Assembly (NCBI GenBank): GCA_002104905.1 | Contig: MCFE01000188.1 | Location: forward strand, 1 to 64,000 | Length of the DNA: 64,000 nt | Reading direction: 5' to 3' | Origin: Basidiobolus meristosporus CBS 931.73 | Lineage: Eukaryota > Fungi > Basidiobolomycota | Shown here: positions 62,511 through 64,000 of the stretch, piece after piece | How positions within the stretch are numbered: position 1 is the first letter of the stretch | Layout of the letters: the number at the start of each line of letters is the position of its first letter | Notes under the pieces: generated by a model | Database searches by the model: none | Seen by the model: only the letters and a program-made list of their open reading frames with translations | What the model was told of the DNA's origin: nothing | Position numbers and translations under genes: made by a program

Positions 62511-64000
62511 TGTGGTGGTGTATAAGTCCAAAGGGCAAAATACGGCCAACACTTCTCAAGTGTGAATGTGTGTGGGGTGTTCACTGGGTGCGATAACCTC
62601 TGGCAAAAGCTTGCTAGGAATACTGGGTCTTTTGTCTAATCTAATGTGATGGGGGATAAAGCCTCAAGCTTGTCAAGGGAAAACTATTGAACTACAATCC
62701 CCAACTTAGTTGGCGTCTTAACAAAAGTTTATAATGGCTTTGACGTCCTTTGAGATGACAATGTACTAAAGCTTCCAAAGTCAAAACAACTGTAAACTCC
62801 ACCAACAGGGACTTGATAAGAATGCAGCTTTGACCAATAGTTACAAAGACTGAAAAGTATCTTTGCCTGTACAAGAACAAGCTTGGGAAAACAAACAAAT
62901 ATAATAAAATATACCTACTCTGAGTATTCCTCACAAGTAGTGCCTCCAAGGTCAGTTGGCTGTCAGCGCGGTTTCCTGGGAGTGTTGTCAGGTCTGGGTC
63001 AGAAAATAGTGGTAATAGGTAGCGGTGATCTCACTAATCAATAAGTCAGAATATTGGAAGAGGGATGATTTATTTTAAGGGATAGCCTCCCTTATATACT
63101 TTTTTGCTGCTCAAATTCTTGCTAGAAAATACTTTCCGGAAGTTTCCAGAAGGTAGTAGACAGCCAATCATGTCATTGAGTACTAAAAATAGCGCAAATT
63201 CTTGGCAGATTGTTCCATGAGACATAGTAGCACTTAGCCAATCAGGTAGTGGTAATATGAAACCTCTGTGTCATGTGGTTGCCTCTTATGGTAGTAAGAT
63301 GGGAGGGTTATGAAGCCAAGATGGTCACATGACATGGGCACCGTTGGGGTACTTGCCTTATATGGTAACTATCTTATCTTGGCATCTTGGCAAGGAATAG
63401 GAATAGCTTGTGCTATGGGTTAATAGTGACAAATAGTTTGTCAGGTTGCATAGTAATAATCACAAAGACAGAAATAGGAAATATTGCAAATTTGGGATGA
63501 TAATAATATAGGCGGGGTAATCCTTTTTAGGGAAGTGAACGCATAAGAATGAGCACATCTGCCTGTGGGTGTCACTGTGACCCCACTACATCCACCCCCC
63601 TCTCAGCTTTGAACTCAGGTCAAAGCAAACTAAATGTGATGTGTGAAATTCCGGTGCTTGAATAGCTTAAGTCTGTTTCCTGCCACAGGTGCTCTCAGCG
63701 GTGTTTCATCAAGTTCAGACAGGTAGTAGCTTCCATTTCCAATCACCTTAGAGATAATATATGGGCCAGACCACTTATTGTCAAATTTGTGACTCCACTG
63801 CTTGTCTAAAGTGGAATCATAGAGCAGTACTGGATCTCCTTGCAGTAATGGCTTTGGTCTAAGGCTATGTGACTTGTCAAATGGTTCCTTGTTCTGAAGT
63901 CTTGTCTCTTTGAGTTTAGCAGCTGCTTGGGTAATATCAAGTTCATGGTGATCAAGCTGTTTGATGCATGTAGTCAGTAGTTCTTCTGTACTCATTGTAG
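62511..64000 (-). mobile_element. Ty3/Gypsy retrotransposon X, 3' end (integrase tail, PPT, 1080-bp 3' LTR), inserted in the Gypsy Y integrase
   Basis: Integrase tail KWSGPYIISKVIGNGSYYLSELD..GNRLKLF at 63630-63995; PPT GAGAGGGGGG; LTR TGTAGTGG (63590) to CCACCACA (62511), followed by ACGT of the host integrase. Confidence 0.9.

Overview
This is eukaryotic DNA from a fungus: it has short GT-AG introns with GCTAAC-type branch points and fungal housekeeping genes. An early-diverging zygomycete-grade lineage is my inference only. The window has three compartments. (1) 1-12.5 kb holds a decayed bacterial-style NRPS module (C-A-T, with one spliceosomal intron). It is cut off by a full-length LINE whose two ORFs are intact and which has no CpG over about 4.6 kb, followed by Gypsy and other TE debris. 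(2) 12.7-44.5 kb is a CpG-normal gene island. It contains an ABCC/MRP transporter and a cytochrome P450 (both frameshifted), a stomatin, a Sec7 Arf-GEF with an apparently split PH domain, an uncharacterised type I membrane protein, GPI13, CLASP/STU1, HSP110/SSE1, two small unknown genes and an intron-containing DUF1853-like (PD-(D/E)xK-type) gene. (3) 45.1-64 kb is a stack of nested, CpG-depleted LTR retrotransposons (Copia A > Copia B > Ylt1-like Gypsy Y > Gypsy X, plus two nested solo LTRs). LTR ends, PBS, PPT and several target-site duplications are readable, along with an internal inversion. No rRNA, tRNA or CRISPR was found. All coordinates, splice models and CpG counts were read by eye and family names come from motif recognition, so they need computational confirmation.
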